In this document: piece after piece, positions 39,317-51,950 of the stretch
Layout: the number at the start of each line of letters is the position of its first letter
How positions within the stretch are numbered: the first letter of the stretch is position 1
From: Leucoraja erinacea
Taxonomy: Eukaryota
Assembly: GCF_028641065.1 (NCBI RefSeq)
Contig: NC_073420.1
Coordinates: forward strand, 1,612,001 to 1,676,000
Reading direction: 5' to 3'
Length of the DNA stretch: 64,000 bases
Program-made: the position numbers and the translations under genes
Notes under the pieces: generated by a model
What the model saw: the letters and a program-made list of their open reading frames with translations, nothing else
Database searches by the model: none
What the model was told of the DNA's origin: nothing

Positions 39317-42300
39317 GTGAGTGCTTTACCACCGGGAGCCCTTTAACCCTCCGGCTGTCCCGTGGGCTCAGTCGGCACAGCGGGTAGAGGCGTTACCTCA
39401 CAGCGCCAGAGACCTGGGTGCTGTCTGTACGGCGTCCGCTTGTACGTGCTCCCCGTGACATTGTGGGTTTTCTCCTGTTTCTTCCCACGCTCCAAAGGCG
39501 TGCGGGTTTGTTAGTTAATTGGCTTCAGATAAAATTGTAAATTGTCCCTAGTGTGTAGGATAGTGTTGGTGTCCGTGGTCGGCACGGACTCGGTGGACCG
39601 AAGGGCCTCTATCTGTGCTGTATCTCAAGTCCAAAACTTGATCATCCCTCCCATGGGATAATCCTGATTTGAGTATAGGAGCAGGGAGGTTCTACGGCAG
39701 TTGTACAGGGTCTTGGTGAGACCACACCTGGAGTATTGCGTACAGTTTTGGTCTCCAAATCTGAGGAAGGACATTATTGCCATTGAGGGAGTGCAGAGAC
39801 GGTTCACCAGACTGATTCCTGGGATGTCAGGACTGTCTTATGAAGAAAGACTGGATAGACTTGGTTTATACTCTCTAGAGTTTACAAGATTGAGAGGGGA
39901 TCTTATAGAAACTTACAAAATTCTTAAGGGGTTGGACAGGCTAGATGCAGGAAGATTGTTCCCGATGTTAGGCAAGTCCAGGACAAGGGGTCACAGCTTA
40001 AGGATAAGGGGGAAATCCTTTAAAACCGAGATGAGAAGAACTTTTTTCACACAGAGTGGTGAATCTCAGGAACTCTCTGCCACAGAGGGTAGTTGAGGCC
40101 AGTTCATTGGCTATATTTAAGGAGTTAGATGTGGCCCTTGTAGCTAAGGGGATCAGGGGGTATGGAGAGAAGGCAGGTACGGGATACTGAGTTGGATGAT
40201 CAGCCATGATCATATTGAATGGCGGTGCAGGCTCGAAGGGCCGAATGGCCTACTCCTGCACCTAATTTCTATGTTTCTATCCTTGCCAGCTCAGGATAAG
40301 GAGCAAGACTATCTTGCTATATTTACAATCGCAACGTTTAAGAAACAGTTAGACAGGTACGTGGATGGGACAGGTTTAGAGGGATGTGGGCCAAATGCAG
40401 GCAGGTGGGACTAGTGTAGCTGGTACATGTTAGCCGTGTGTGGGAGTTGGGCAGAAGGGCCTGTTTCCACGCTGTATGAACTCAAAGACCATTCTGTGAG
40501 TAGGAGCACAGCGGGTAGAGGCTCTACCTCACAGCGCCAGAGACCCGGTTTCATCCTGACCTCGGGTGCTGTCTATGTGGTGTTCGCACAATCTCACTGT
40601 GACTGCATGGGTTTCTTCCCAGTGCTCTGGTTTCCTCCCTCATCCCAAAGTTTGTAGGTTAATTGGGGCTCTGTAAAATCGCCCCTCATGTGCAGGGAGT
40701 GGCTGAGAAAGAGGGATATCACAGAACTAGTGTGAACGGGTGATCGATGGGCTGAAGGGCATTTTTCCATGCTGTATCTCTAAACTAGGCTGTACTTTGT
40801 GTACAAACCAGAACCAATAGTTCCTAAGGCAGATGGCACATTGCCTTCTATTGCAAGGAAGTTTAGAGATAGCAAAGCATTTAGATCTTTAAACAATACA
40901 ACGACTCCTCCTCCCCACTCCCCCATGTGAGATAAAACTGCCTGCTAACCTCACTCGTGCTTCGCCCTTTACTTCTGTGCCTCCTTGTAGCCACCACACA
41001 ATTTTACCCACTGCTGCTCGAGGGTCTGAGCTACAGGGAGAGGTTGAGCAGGCTGGAGCGCAAGAGGATGAGGGGGTGTTCTGATAGAGGTGTATGGAAC
41101 GAGTTGCCAGAGGAGGTAGTTGAGGCTGGGACTATTGTAACATTTAAGAAACAATTAAGACAGGTACATGGATAGGACAGGTTTGGAGGGATATGGCAGG
41201 TGGGACCAGTGTAGATGGGACTTGTTGGTTGGTGTGGGTGAAGGGCCTGTTTCCACGCTGTACCTCGACACTAAACAAGCAGATTTGTAGGTTAATTGGC
41301 TTCGACAAAATCATAAATTGTCCCTCGTGAGTGTGTGCGTGTGTGTGTGTGTGTGTGTGGGGGGGAGATAGTGTCAGTGGTGATCGCTGGTTAGCGTGGA
41401 ATTGATGGGCCAAATGGCTTGTATCTGCACTGTATCTCTTAAACTATAGACTGTAAAAGTCAGCAGGTAAATGGGATACCAAAGAATGAATGAATAAGTT
41501 TATTGGCCAAGTATTCACATACAAGGAATTTGCCCTGGTGCTCCGCCCGCAAGTGACGATGACATACAGTGACAGTTAGGAACGACACGTAAAGCATTAA
41601 ACATTAATAATAAAACATTATTGATGAAACATGTGAATTAAATAAAATACCAGAGCAAAAGGAGGCTACACATTTGTGGTTATTGAGTGGACTCATTAAC
41701 CCTCTTGGTCTCAACCCCGTCATCCATTTTAAAGATGGCCCCCGAGCTACTTCCCCTGGCAGACAATAGCACCTCAGTGCAGCCGGAGAGAGTGGAATGT
41801 CCGAATTGACTCCAAACCCGATGCTGGCAGGAGGTGACGTGCTCGGCACAAGCCGTACCCTCCAGGGCACGAAGGTTCAGCCTCTGGGGAGGGGCAGTGC
41901 CGGTGGGGGTGAAGGAGCTGGGACACTGCCAGACAAATCTCGGCTCCAGACACGAACCAAAACCAAAACTAACCAGCCGAGGAGCAGTTTCACTTTGGAG
42001 AACAAGGCAGGGCGGAGTGGAGCAAAACTCAGCGGGGTCGTTGCAAAGGCCAGCAACGTGAAACATAAGGATTATATTTAAGATTCAAAGATTGCTAGGC
42101 ATTTCGGAGAGCTCTGGTTTCACTGCAGACCACACCTAGAGTATTGTCTGCAGTTTTGGTCTCCAAATTTGAGGAAGGACATTCTTGCTATTGAGGGAGT
42201 GCAGCGTAGGTTCACCAGGTTAATACCCGGGATGGCGGGACTGTCATATATTATAGATAATAGGTGCAGGAGTAGGCCATTCGGCCCTTCGAGCCAGCAC

Positions 42301-42555
42301 CGCCATCAATGTGATCATAGCTGATCATCCACAATCAGTACCCCGTTCCTGCCTTCTCCCCATATCCCCTGACTCCACTATTAATAGAATGGAGAGGCTG
42401 GGCTTATACACACTGAAATTTAGATGGATGAGAGGGAATCTTATTGAAACATTTAAGATTATTAAGGGTTTGGACACGCTAGAGGCAGGAAACGTGTTCC
42501 TGATGTTGGGAGAGTCCAAAACCAGGGGCCACAGTATAAGAATAAGGGGTAAGCA

Positions 42556-43262
42556 CCTACACACACACACGCACGTACCTATACGCACGCACGCACAGAC
42601 ACGCACACGCACCTACACACACGCACGCACCTACACGCACACACACGCCATGCAGGGACTGATGAATGCATCGGGAGGGAGACGGGAGAATTAATGAGCT
42701 CGAGAGATATCGGGCTGCTTTGTTTTCCTTGGAAGAGCGTGGGGTTAGAAACAAAAGTGGAAGCAAGCACCAGAAAGCAGGGTGGGGAGAAAAACAACAG
42801 GGTAAAGAACGCAACTGGCATGAAACCAGAATGGTGCACAGTTCACCCTGTTCACCTGTTGCTCACGTCAACCTTCGTGAGCTTTGAGGCTTATTGTTTG
42901 CAATGACAGGACAAACCTGTGTGTTTTGATTGTGGCTCGATTGTAATCATGTATTGTCTTTCTGGTGACTGGACAGCACGCAGCCGCAACAAAAGCTTTT
43001 CACTGTGCAAGTGACAAGAAAGTAAACTGTAAACTCAGTTGCACAAAGTTTAGTTTAGAGATACGGCGCGGAAGCAGGCCCTTCGGCCCACCGAGTCCGC
43101 GCCGACCAGCGATCCCCACACATTAGCACTATCCTACACACACTAGGGACAATTTACAATTTTACCAAGGTAATTTAGCCTACAAACCGTTGTAGAGCAG
43201 GAGTTTTTGTACAGCAGGAGGAAACCAAAGCACTCGGAGAAAACCCACGGGGTTCATGTACA
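42556..43262 (+). repeat. Local duplication of about 700 bp, copy 1 (copy 2 ends at about 46702)
   Basis: From CATGCAGGGACT (about 42649 and 46090) to GGGTTCATGTACAA (about 43262 and 46702) the copies are nearly identical; each follows a CA-rich repeat. Confidence 0.9.
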
Positions 43263-43401
43263 ATGGGCTTATACACACTGGAATTTAGATGGATGAGAGG
43301 GGATCTTATTGAAACATATAAGATTATTAAGGGTTTGGACACGCTAGAGGCAGGAAACATGTTCCCGATGTTGGGAGAGTCCAAAACCAGGGGCCACAGT
43401 A

Positions 43402-44464
43402 TAGGTGCACAACCTTTTATCCGGTGTTCCGGAAACCGAAAACCTCCGAAAACCGGCCATTTTTTCCAGGATGTCATCGGCACACCAAAGTTCGCGTTTG
43501 GCGCCAAACTTGACCCGAAACGACCCACGGTCAACCCAGGTCTGTACTACTGTAGCGGCTGCCTCCTCCCCGGAGACCGGGGAGACACTTAAACATCTGT
43601 AAATCATTGCTTAAATGTTAGTCAGTTAGTTTGGAGGGCTTTTATGTGAAGGGGGGGTTGAAGGGGTAAACTTTAATTCTTAGTCCCCTACCTGGTCGGA
43701 GAGACGGGGAGCGGTCAATGCCTTACCGGGTCGCCGTGCAGTAAGCTCCGCAGAGCTGTGGCCGCCAACTCCCAGCTGGGGCTGCGGGCGGCGCCGGTTG
43801 TAGCTCCGACCCCGGCAACTCTACCCCTGGCTGCGAGACGCTCCAAATCCACCGCCGCCCGCCCCCCACCCCAGCTCCGCAAATGTTGGGAGTCGGCGAC
43901 GTCGCAGCGCTGGGATACCAGCAGGGAGCGAACAATGCCTTACCGGCTCGCCGTGCAGTAAGCTCCGCAGTGCTGGGATACCAGTGGGGAGCGGGCAATG
44001 CCTTACCGGGTTGCTGTGCGGTAAGCTCCAGGGCGCGGAGGCCGCCTTCTCCCAACATTCGTGGAGCTGGGGCCGCGGGCGGCGCTGGATTTGGAGCGCC
44101 TCGCAGCCAGGGGTAGAGTTGCCGGGGTCGGAGCTACAACCGGCGCCGCCCGCGGCCGGACGGAGCCCCCAGCTCCGCGATGTTGGGAGTGCAGGTAGGG
44201 GACTAAGAATTAAAGTTTTCCCCCTTCACCCACCCACCCCACCACCACCACATAAAATCTCTCCAAACTAACTGACTAACATTTATGCAATGATTTACAA
44301 TGATTCCCCGGTCTCCGGGGAGGAGGCAGTTGCTCCAGACTTTTCAAGCCGCCCGCGCTACCTACCTAATCTACGCTAAAAATCTTCCATTCGGAAATCC
44401 GAAAATGTCCGAAATCCGACAAGTGTCTGGTCCCAAGGCTTTCGGATAAAAGGTTGTGCACCTG
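43402..44464. mobile_element. Tc1/pogo(Tigger)-type non-autonomous DNA transposon with internal fold-back
   Basis: 22-bp TIRs (T/C)AGGTGCACAACCTTTTATCCG; TA at 43400-43401 and 44465-44466; interrupts CR1 sequence whose empty site is visible at about 42531. Confidence 0.88.
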
Positions 44465-45739
44465 TATAAGAATAAGGGGCAAGCCATCTAGAACGGAGAC
44501 GAGGAAACACTTTTTCACTCGGAGAGTTGTGAATCTGCGGAAATCTCTGCCTCAGAGGACGGTGGAGGCCGATTCTTTGGATGCTTTCAAAAGAGACCTA
44601 GAGCTCTTAAAGATAGCGGAGTGAATGGATATGGGGAGAAGGCAGGAACGGGGTACTGATTGTAGATGATCAGCCATGATCACAGTGAAGGGCCGAATGG
44701 CCTACCACTGCACCTATTGTCTATTTTTGTTTGTACATTCTCCCTCTCGGGTGACTGGCCCCTTCCAGTATCTCCAACACCCATAAGACCATGAGGCAGA
44801 GGAGCAGAATTGGGCCATTCAGCCCATCGAGACTACTCTATTCATTTGATCACCGCCGATCTATTTTCCCCTCTCAACCCCATTCTCCAGCCTTCTCCCC
44901 GTAACCTTACACACACTTCCCAATCAAGATCCTATCGATCTCTGCCTTAAAAATACTCAATGTCTTGGCCTCCAACACCATTTGTGGTAATTAATTCTGC
45001 AAATTCACCACCCTCTGGCTGAAGAAATTCCTCCTCGTCTCCTTTCTAAAGTGCTGGAGTGACTCAGAATCTCTGACGAACATGCATTGGTGACGTTTCA
45101 GATTGGGGGCCCTTCTTCAGACTAAATGTAAGTGGGGGGGGGGGGGGGGGGGGGGGGGTGAAGAAAGCTGGAAGAGAGGAGGGGCAGGACAAAGCCTGGG
45201 AAGTGATAGGTGGAGAAACAAAGGAACCGCAGATGACAAAAAGAGACAAAGTGCTGGAGTAACTCAGCCAGTCAGGAGAACATGGATAGGCGATGTTTCA
45301 AGTAGGGAACTTTCAAAGAATTGTCACGTATCCTGTTTCCCCAGAGATGCTGCCTGACCTGATGAGTTACTCCATCACTTTGTGTTCTGCTCCAGACTGC
45401 AGCATCTGTGTAGATCAGTCTGAAGAAGGGTCTCGACTCAAAACGTCACCCATTCCTTCTCCAGAGAGGCTGCCTGACCCACTGAGTTGCTCCAGCATTT
45501 TGTGTCCACCTCCAGCATATGCGGTTCCTTGTGTCTGCTGTAAAGCTGTTGATCTCGCAGCTGCGGCTGGGTCCCTTGGGTGTGAAACCAGTGGGGACAT
45601 CCCTGGTCTCTGTCGTGGATGTGTGCAAGGTTTACACACAGACCTTCACGTCAATGAATAGTCAGATGGCTGCGGCAATTGTCTTTTCTTTTCGCCCCCT
45701 ATTTTGGGCACGAGCATCGCACGCAAACCTGCCCGACAA

Positions 45740-46090
45740 AAAACACACAGCCACACACACACGCACGCACCTACACACGCACGCACCTGCACACGCACAG
45801 ACGCACACACACAGACACACCCATACACACCCGCACACGCACCTACACACACACACGCACCTACATACACAAACGCACGCACCTACACACACAAACGCAC
45901 GCACCTACACACACAAACGCACGAACCTGCACGCACGTACCTACACACACGCACGCACCTACACACACACACGTACGTACCTACACACACACACGCACGC
46001 ACACACACCCACAGACACACACACGGACGCACACAGACACACACCCACACACACACACACGGAGACATCTCACGCACGCATACACACACC
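45740..46090. repeat. CA/CACG-rich microsatellite
   Basis: Visible (CA)n and CACGCACCTA repeats. Confidence 0.9.
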
Positions 46091-47490
46091 ATGCAGGGAC
46101 TGGTGAATGCATCGGGAGGGAGACGGGAGAATTAATGAGCTCAAGGGATATTGGGCTGCTTTGTTTTCCTTGGAAGAGCGTGGGGTTAGAAACAAAAGTG
46201 GAAGCAAGCACCAGAAAGCAGGGTGGGGAGAAAAACAACAGGGTAAAGAACGCAACTGGCATGAAACCAGAACGGTGCACAGTTCACCCTGTTCACCTGC
46301 TGCTCACGTCAACCTTTGTGAGCTTTGAGGCTTATTGTTTGCAATTACAGGACAAACCTGTGTGTTTTGATTGTGGCTCGATTGTAATCATGTATTGTCT
46401 TTCTGGTGACTGGACAGCACGCAGCCGCAACAAACGCTTTTCACTGTGCAAGTGACAAGAAACTAAACTGTAAACTCAGTCGCACAAAGTTTAGTTTAGA
46501 GATACGGCGCGGAAACAGGCCATTCGGCCCACCGAGTCCGTGCCGACCAGCGATCCCCGCACATTAGCACTATCCTACACAGACTAGGGACAATTTACAA
46601 TTTTACCAAGCTAATTTAGCCTACAAACCGTTGTAGAGCAGGAGTATTTGTACAGCAGGAGGAAACCAAAGCACTCGGAGAAAACCCACGGGGTTCATGT
46701 ACAAACGCCACACGGACAGTACCTGTGGTCGGGATCGCACCCGGGTCTCTGGCGCTGTAAGGCAGCAACTCTACTGCTGTGCCACTCTGCTGTCTCATAG
46801 ACATAGATTGATACAGTGTGGTAACAGACCCTTTGGCCCAACTTGCCCACACTAGCCAACGTCCCATCTACACTTGAACAACCTGCCTACTCACACACTA
46901 GGGACAATTTACATTTATGACAAGCCTATTAACCGACAAACCTCCACGTCTTTGGAGCGTGGGAGGAAACCGAAGCTTCCCTGAGAAAACCCACGCAGGT
47001 CACGGGGGGAGGGGGACGTACAAACTCCGTAGACACAGCACCCGTAGTCGGGTTCAAACCCGGGTCTCCGGCGCCGTGAGGCAGGCAGCGCTACCCGCTG
47101 TACCACCGTGCCGCCCGCTGGCTCCTCCCCAAGTCTCTGACGCACTCGGGGCCAGATAACCCACCAGCACATCCTTGGAAACATGGGAGGACTCCCACAA
47201 GGTCACAGTGAGGGCCTGCAAACTCCACACAGACAGCACCGGAGGTCAGTATCATAAGATCTAAGAGCAGAATACGGCTGTTCAGCCCATTAAGTCTACT
47301 CCGCCATTCAATCATGGCTGATCTATCTTTCCCTCTCAATCCCAAAGATGTAGTTTCATCAGCGAATTGGCTTGGTATAAATATAAATTTTCCCTCGTTT
47401 GTGTGTAGGATAGTGTTAATGTGCGGGGATCACTGGTCGGTGCAGACTCCGTGGGCCCTAGGGCCTGTCCACGTTTTATCTCTAAACTAA

Positions 47491-47790
47491 AGGGCCTGTC
47501 CCACTGTACGAGGTAATTCAAGAGCTCTCCCGAAAAATCAAGCTCGTGGTAAGCACGTAGAATGTACGTAGCGGGTACGTCGGAGTTCGTGGATGTCCCG
47601 TAGCGGCTCGTAACGCTAACGGCAGGTACTCGGGGAAACGCGGTAACTCGTGACGTTTTTTTCAGCACTGCGAAAAATGTCCACGAGAGCCCCGAGTAAT
47701 TACGTGCGGCTATTACCGTAATTCTCCGAGTTCGAATCAGGGGAAACTCGGGAGAACTCTTGAATTACCTTGTACAGTGGGACAGGCCCT
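47491..47790. mobile_element. PIF/Harbinger-like MITE (300 bp)
   Basis: TIR AGGGCCTGTCCCACTGTAC(G/A)AGGTAATTCAAGAG, about 34 bp; TAA on both flanks (47488-47490 and 47791-47793). Confidence 0.85.
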
Positions 47791-48092
47791 TAAGCAAATA
47801 CGTGTGTGTGTGTGTGTGTATGTCCCTCTCAACCCCATTTCCTGCCTTCTCCCCATAACCCCTGACACCCAAACGAATCAAGGGGCAGATATCAACTTGG
47901 GTTCCTAGGGGTGGTGGTGGTGGGAGGTTGCACATGGGAGGAGGGGAGGAGTGTGGGGTGTGAGCTGCGAGCTGCCTGCTTTTGACTGATCTTCTCTCCC
48001 TTCTTCTCATCCTACCGCCCTCCCTCCCTCTCTCCATCTTTCCCTCCCTCTCTCCCTGCCTCCCTCTCTCCTTCCCCCTCCCCCTGCTACAG

Positions 48093-48273
48093 ATCCGCTT
48101 GCTAGACGGGACGCAACTCACACAGTCCTTCAAGAGCAGGGAGCAGCTGGCTTCCGTCAGGCTGTACGTGCAGCTCCAACAGCAGGAAGACACCGACAAC
48201 TTCAACCTCATGACGTCCTTCCCCCGCAAAGTCTTCTCTGAAGAGGACATGGAGAAGCCCCTTCAGGAGTTAG
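48093..48273 (+). CDS. UBXN1: UBXN1 coding exon 8 (UBX domain)
   Basis: [46 protein letters not shown], including the p97-binding FPR loop. Confidence 0.95.
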
Positions 48274-50330
48274 GTAACAGCCATGCCCCTTTATTATGTT
48301 ATAATCCAGATCTTCCAGGCCTGAAGCAGTGTCTCGACCCGAAACGTCACCCATTCCTTCTATCCAGAGATGCTGCCTGTCCCGTTGAGTCACTCCAGCA
48401 CTTTGTGTCTTTCTTCGGTGTAAACCGGCATCTGCAGTTCCGTCCTACACATTCCCGATTTACCTACTTGGTTGATTAGCTGCCAATGAGAGAATTCATT
48501 GTAGATTGTCTACAGACGTAATCTGTTTTGTAAGGAATGTTATGTTGCGATATGTACTCAACAAACACACAGTTTGTAACCAAGGGACCTTGCATAAGAA
48601 TGCGATGAACCACATGTACAAATCTGGCGAAACACAACCTCGGCTGCATAGTCAGTTTCAGTTTAGTTTAAGAAGGAACTGCAGATGCTGGAAAATCGAA
48701 GGTAGACAAAAATGCTGGAGAAACTCGGGCCGAAACCCTTCTTCAGACTGATGGACTGAAGCAAAAGGATTTGAGTATCAGAGCAGGGAGGTTCTACTGC
48801 AGTTGTACAGGGTCTTGGTGAGACCACACCTGGAGTATTGCTTACAATTTTGGTCTCCTAATCTGAGGAAGGACATTCTTGCCATCGAGGGAGTACAGAG
48901 AAGGTTCACCAGACTGATTCCTGGGATGGCAGGACTTTCATATGAAGAAAGGCTGGATAGACTCGGCTTGTACTCGCTAGAATTTACAAGATTGAGGGGG
49001 GATCTTATAGAAACTTACAAAATTCTTAGGGGGTTGGACAGGCTAGATGCAGGAAGATTGTTCCCGATGTTGGGGAAGTCCAGAACAAGGGGTCAGAGTT
49101 TAAGGATAAGGGGGGAATCTTTTAGGACCGAGATGAGAAAAACATTTTTTATACAGAGAGTGGTGAATCTGTGGAATTCTCTGCCACAGAAGGTAGTTGA
49201 GGCCACACAGTTCACTGGCTATATTTAAGAGGGAGTTAGATGTGGCCCTTGTGGCTAAAGGGATCAGGGGGTATGGAGAGAAGGCAGGGATGGGATACTG
49301 AGTTGGATGATCAGCCATGATCATATTGAATGGCGGTGCAGGCTCGAAGGGCCGAATGGCCTATTCCGGCACCTATTGTCTATGTTTCTATGATGGATCC
49401 ATCAGGTCTGAAGAAGGGTTTCGGCCCGAAAGGTTGCCTATTTCCTTCACTCCATAGATGGTGAGCACCCGCTGAGTTTCTCCAGCACTTTTGACTACCT
49501 GCTCCTTTATTAACACAGCTACAGATGTACAATGATTTTTTACTTTTTTTTTGCATACAATTCGTTAAAGTTCATAAGTTCTAGGGTCTCTGACACTTCA
49601 TCCCATTTTCCTGCCTTCTCCACATGACAACCGTTCTAATCAAGAATTTGTCTATCTCTGCTTTAAAAATATCCACCAACTTGGCCTCCACAGCCCTCTG
49701 TGGCAATGAGTTCCGCAGATTCACCGCCCTCTGACTAAAGAGGTTCCTCCTCACCTTTTTAAAAGAGTGCCCGTAATTCTGCGTCTGCGACCTCTGGTGC
49801 AAGACTCGCCCACCAGTGGAAGCATCCTCTCCACATCCAAAGATAGACCCAAAAAGCTGGAGTAACTCAGCGGGACCGGCAGCATCACTGGAGAGAAGGA
49901 ATGGGTGACGTTTCGAGTTGGGGCACATCCACTCTATCTCTGCAAGTGTCAATAAGGTCTTACCCCCCCCCCCAACCTTCTAAACTCCAGCGAGAACAGG
50001 CCCAGTGCCATCAAACACTGATCACATGCTAACCCACTCATTCCTGGTTTCACCAACTCTGGACCCTCTCCAGAGCCAGCACATCCTTCCTCAGATTTTT
50101 AAGTGTATCGCTGCTGGCAAATTCATTTCACTGCACCTTTGGGTGCATGTGATGAGTAAAATTGACTTTGATACGGGGCCCAAGATTGTATCTGTACGCT
50201 CTGTGTCTACGGCTCGATAGTAAGCATGCATTGTCTTTCCGCTGACTGGTTAGCACGCAACAAAAAAGCTTTTCACTGTGCCTCGGTAGCTCGCGCGACA
50301 ATAAACTAAACTGCGCTCGACTTTTTCCAG

Positions 50331-50371
50331 GTCTGGTACCTTCTGCGGTCCTGATTGTCTGCAAGAAGTGA
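50331..50371 (+). CDS. UBXN1: UBXN1 last coding exon
   Basis: LVPSAVLIVCKK-TGA; AATAAA at 50598-50603. Total CDS 873 nt, 290 aa. Confidence 0.93.
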
Positions 50372-50717
50372 ACACAGCGGGCGGGGAACCTCCTTCACCA
50401 CCGCACTAACTTGGCGCCGTTAAAAAAAAAAAAATGCCTTGGAGCGACGGGGAGAGCATAGCCAGAGTCACTTGCCTGAACGTACACAGTGCCTACAAGT
50501 GTGTGTGTGTGTGCACACCTGCCATCTCCAGGGCTTTATCCGTGCACGGCCTGCCCGCCTTTAACTAAAGACTTGTTTGTCTCAAGATAAAAAGCGAAAT
50601 AAAAAGTGTAAACATTTTTTAAATAATCTAGCCGTCTCATTCAATGCGTGACTAGCCCCGGCTGCGGAGGGGGGGAGGAGGCTAATTTGACCCGCCGATC
50701 AGCCACGGACGTCCCGA

Positions 50718-51950
50718 TGAGGTTATCCACTTTGGTGGCAAAAACAGGAAAGTAGACCTGACTGGTGGCCGATTAGGAAAAGGGGAGATGCAACGAGACT
50801 TGGGTGTCATGGTACACCAGTCATTGAAAGTAGGCATGCAGGTGCAGCAGGCAGTGAAGAAAGCAAATGGTATGTTAGCATTAGCAAAGAGTAGGAGTAA
50901 ACGGGTCCTTTTCACAATGGCAGGCAGTGACTAGTGGGGTACCGCAAGGCTCAGTACTGGGACCCCAGCTATTTACAATATATATTAATGATCTGGATGA
51001 GGGAATTGAAGGCAATATCTCCAAGTTTGCGGATGACACTAAGCTGGGGGGCAGTGTTAGGTGTGAGGAGGATGCTAGGAGACTGCAAGGTGACTTGGAT
51101 AGGCTGGGTGAGTGGGCAAATGTTTGGCAGATGCAGTATAATGTGGATAAATGTGAGGTTATCCATTTTGGTGGCAAAAACGGGAAAGCAGATTATTATC
51201 TAAACGGTGGCCGATTGGGAAAGGGGGAGATGCAGCGAGACCTGGGTGTCATGGTACACCAGTCATTGAAGGTAGGCATGCAGGTGCAGCAGGCAGTGAA
51301 GAAAGCAAATGGTATGTTAGCATTCATAGCAAAAGGATTTGAGTATAGGAGCAGGGAGGTTCTACTGCAGTTGTACAGGGTCTTGGTGAGACCACACCTG
51401 GAGTATTGTGTACAGTTTTGGTCTCCTAATCTGAGGAAATACATTCTTGCCATAGAGGGAGTACAGAGAAGGTTCACCAGACTGATTCCTGGGATGGCAG
51501 GACTTTCATATGAAGAAAGACTGGATAGACTCGGCTTGTACACGCTAGAATTTAGAAGATTGAGGGGGGATCTTATAAAAACTTACAAAATTCTTAAGGG
51601 GCTGGACAGGCTAGATGCAGGAAGATTATTCCCGATGTTGGGGAAGTCCAGAACAAGGGGTCACACAGTTTAAGGATAAGAGGGAAGTCTTTTAGGACCG
51701 AGATGAGAAAATCATTTTTTACACAGAGAGTGGTGAATCTGTGGAATTCTCTGCCACAGAAGGTAGTTGAGGCCACAGTTCATTGGCTATATTTAATAGG
51801 GAGTTAGATGTGGCCCTTGTGGCTAAAGGGATCAGGGGGTATGGAGAGAAGGCAGGGATGGGATACTGAGTTGGATGATCAGCCATGATCACATTGAATG
51901 GCGGTGTTGGCTCAAAGGGCCAAATGGCCTACTCCTGCACCTATTGTCTA
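50718..51950 (+). mobile_element. Young 5'-truncated CR1 LINE with an intact RT-core ORF; related fragments at about 30230, 39665, 48770, 62090 and 63795
   Basis: ORF 50927-51673: SGVPQGSVLGPQLFTIYINDLD..SKFADDTKLG, followed by the typical 3' UTR. 50718-50885 repeats part of the downstream sequence. Confidence 0.92.

Noticed and set aside
41680-42081. Unique-looking segment with short ORFs on both strands in UBXN1 intron 8
   Set aside because: No recognisable homology or convincing splice-site pair, so a nested gene is not supported.
45519-46455. His/Thr-rich and Cys/Val-rich ORFs
   Set aside because: Translations of CA/TG microsatellites.
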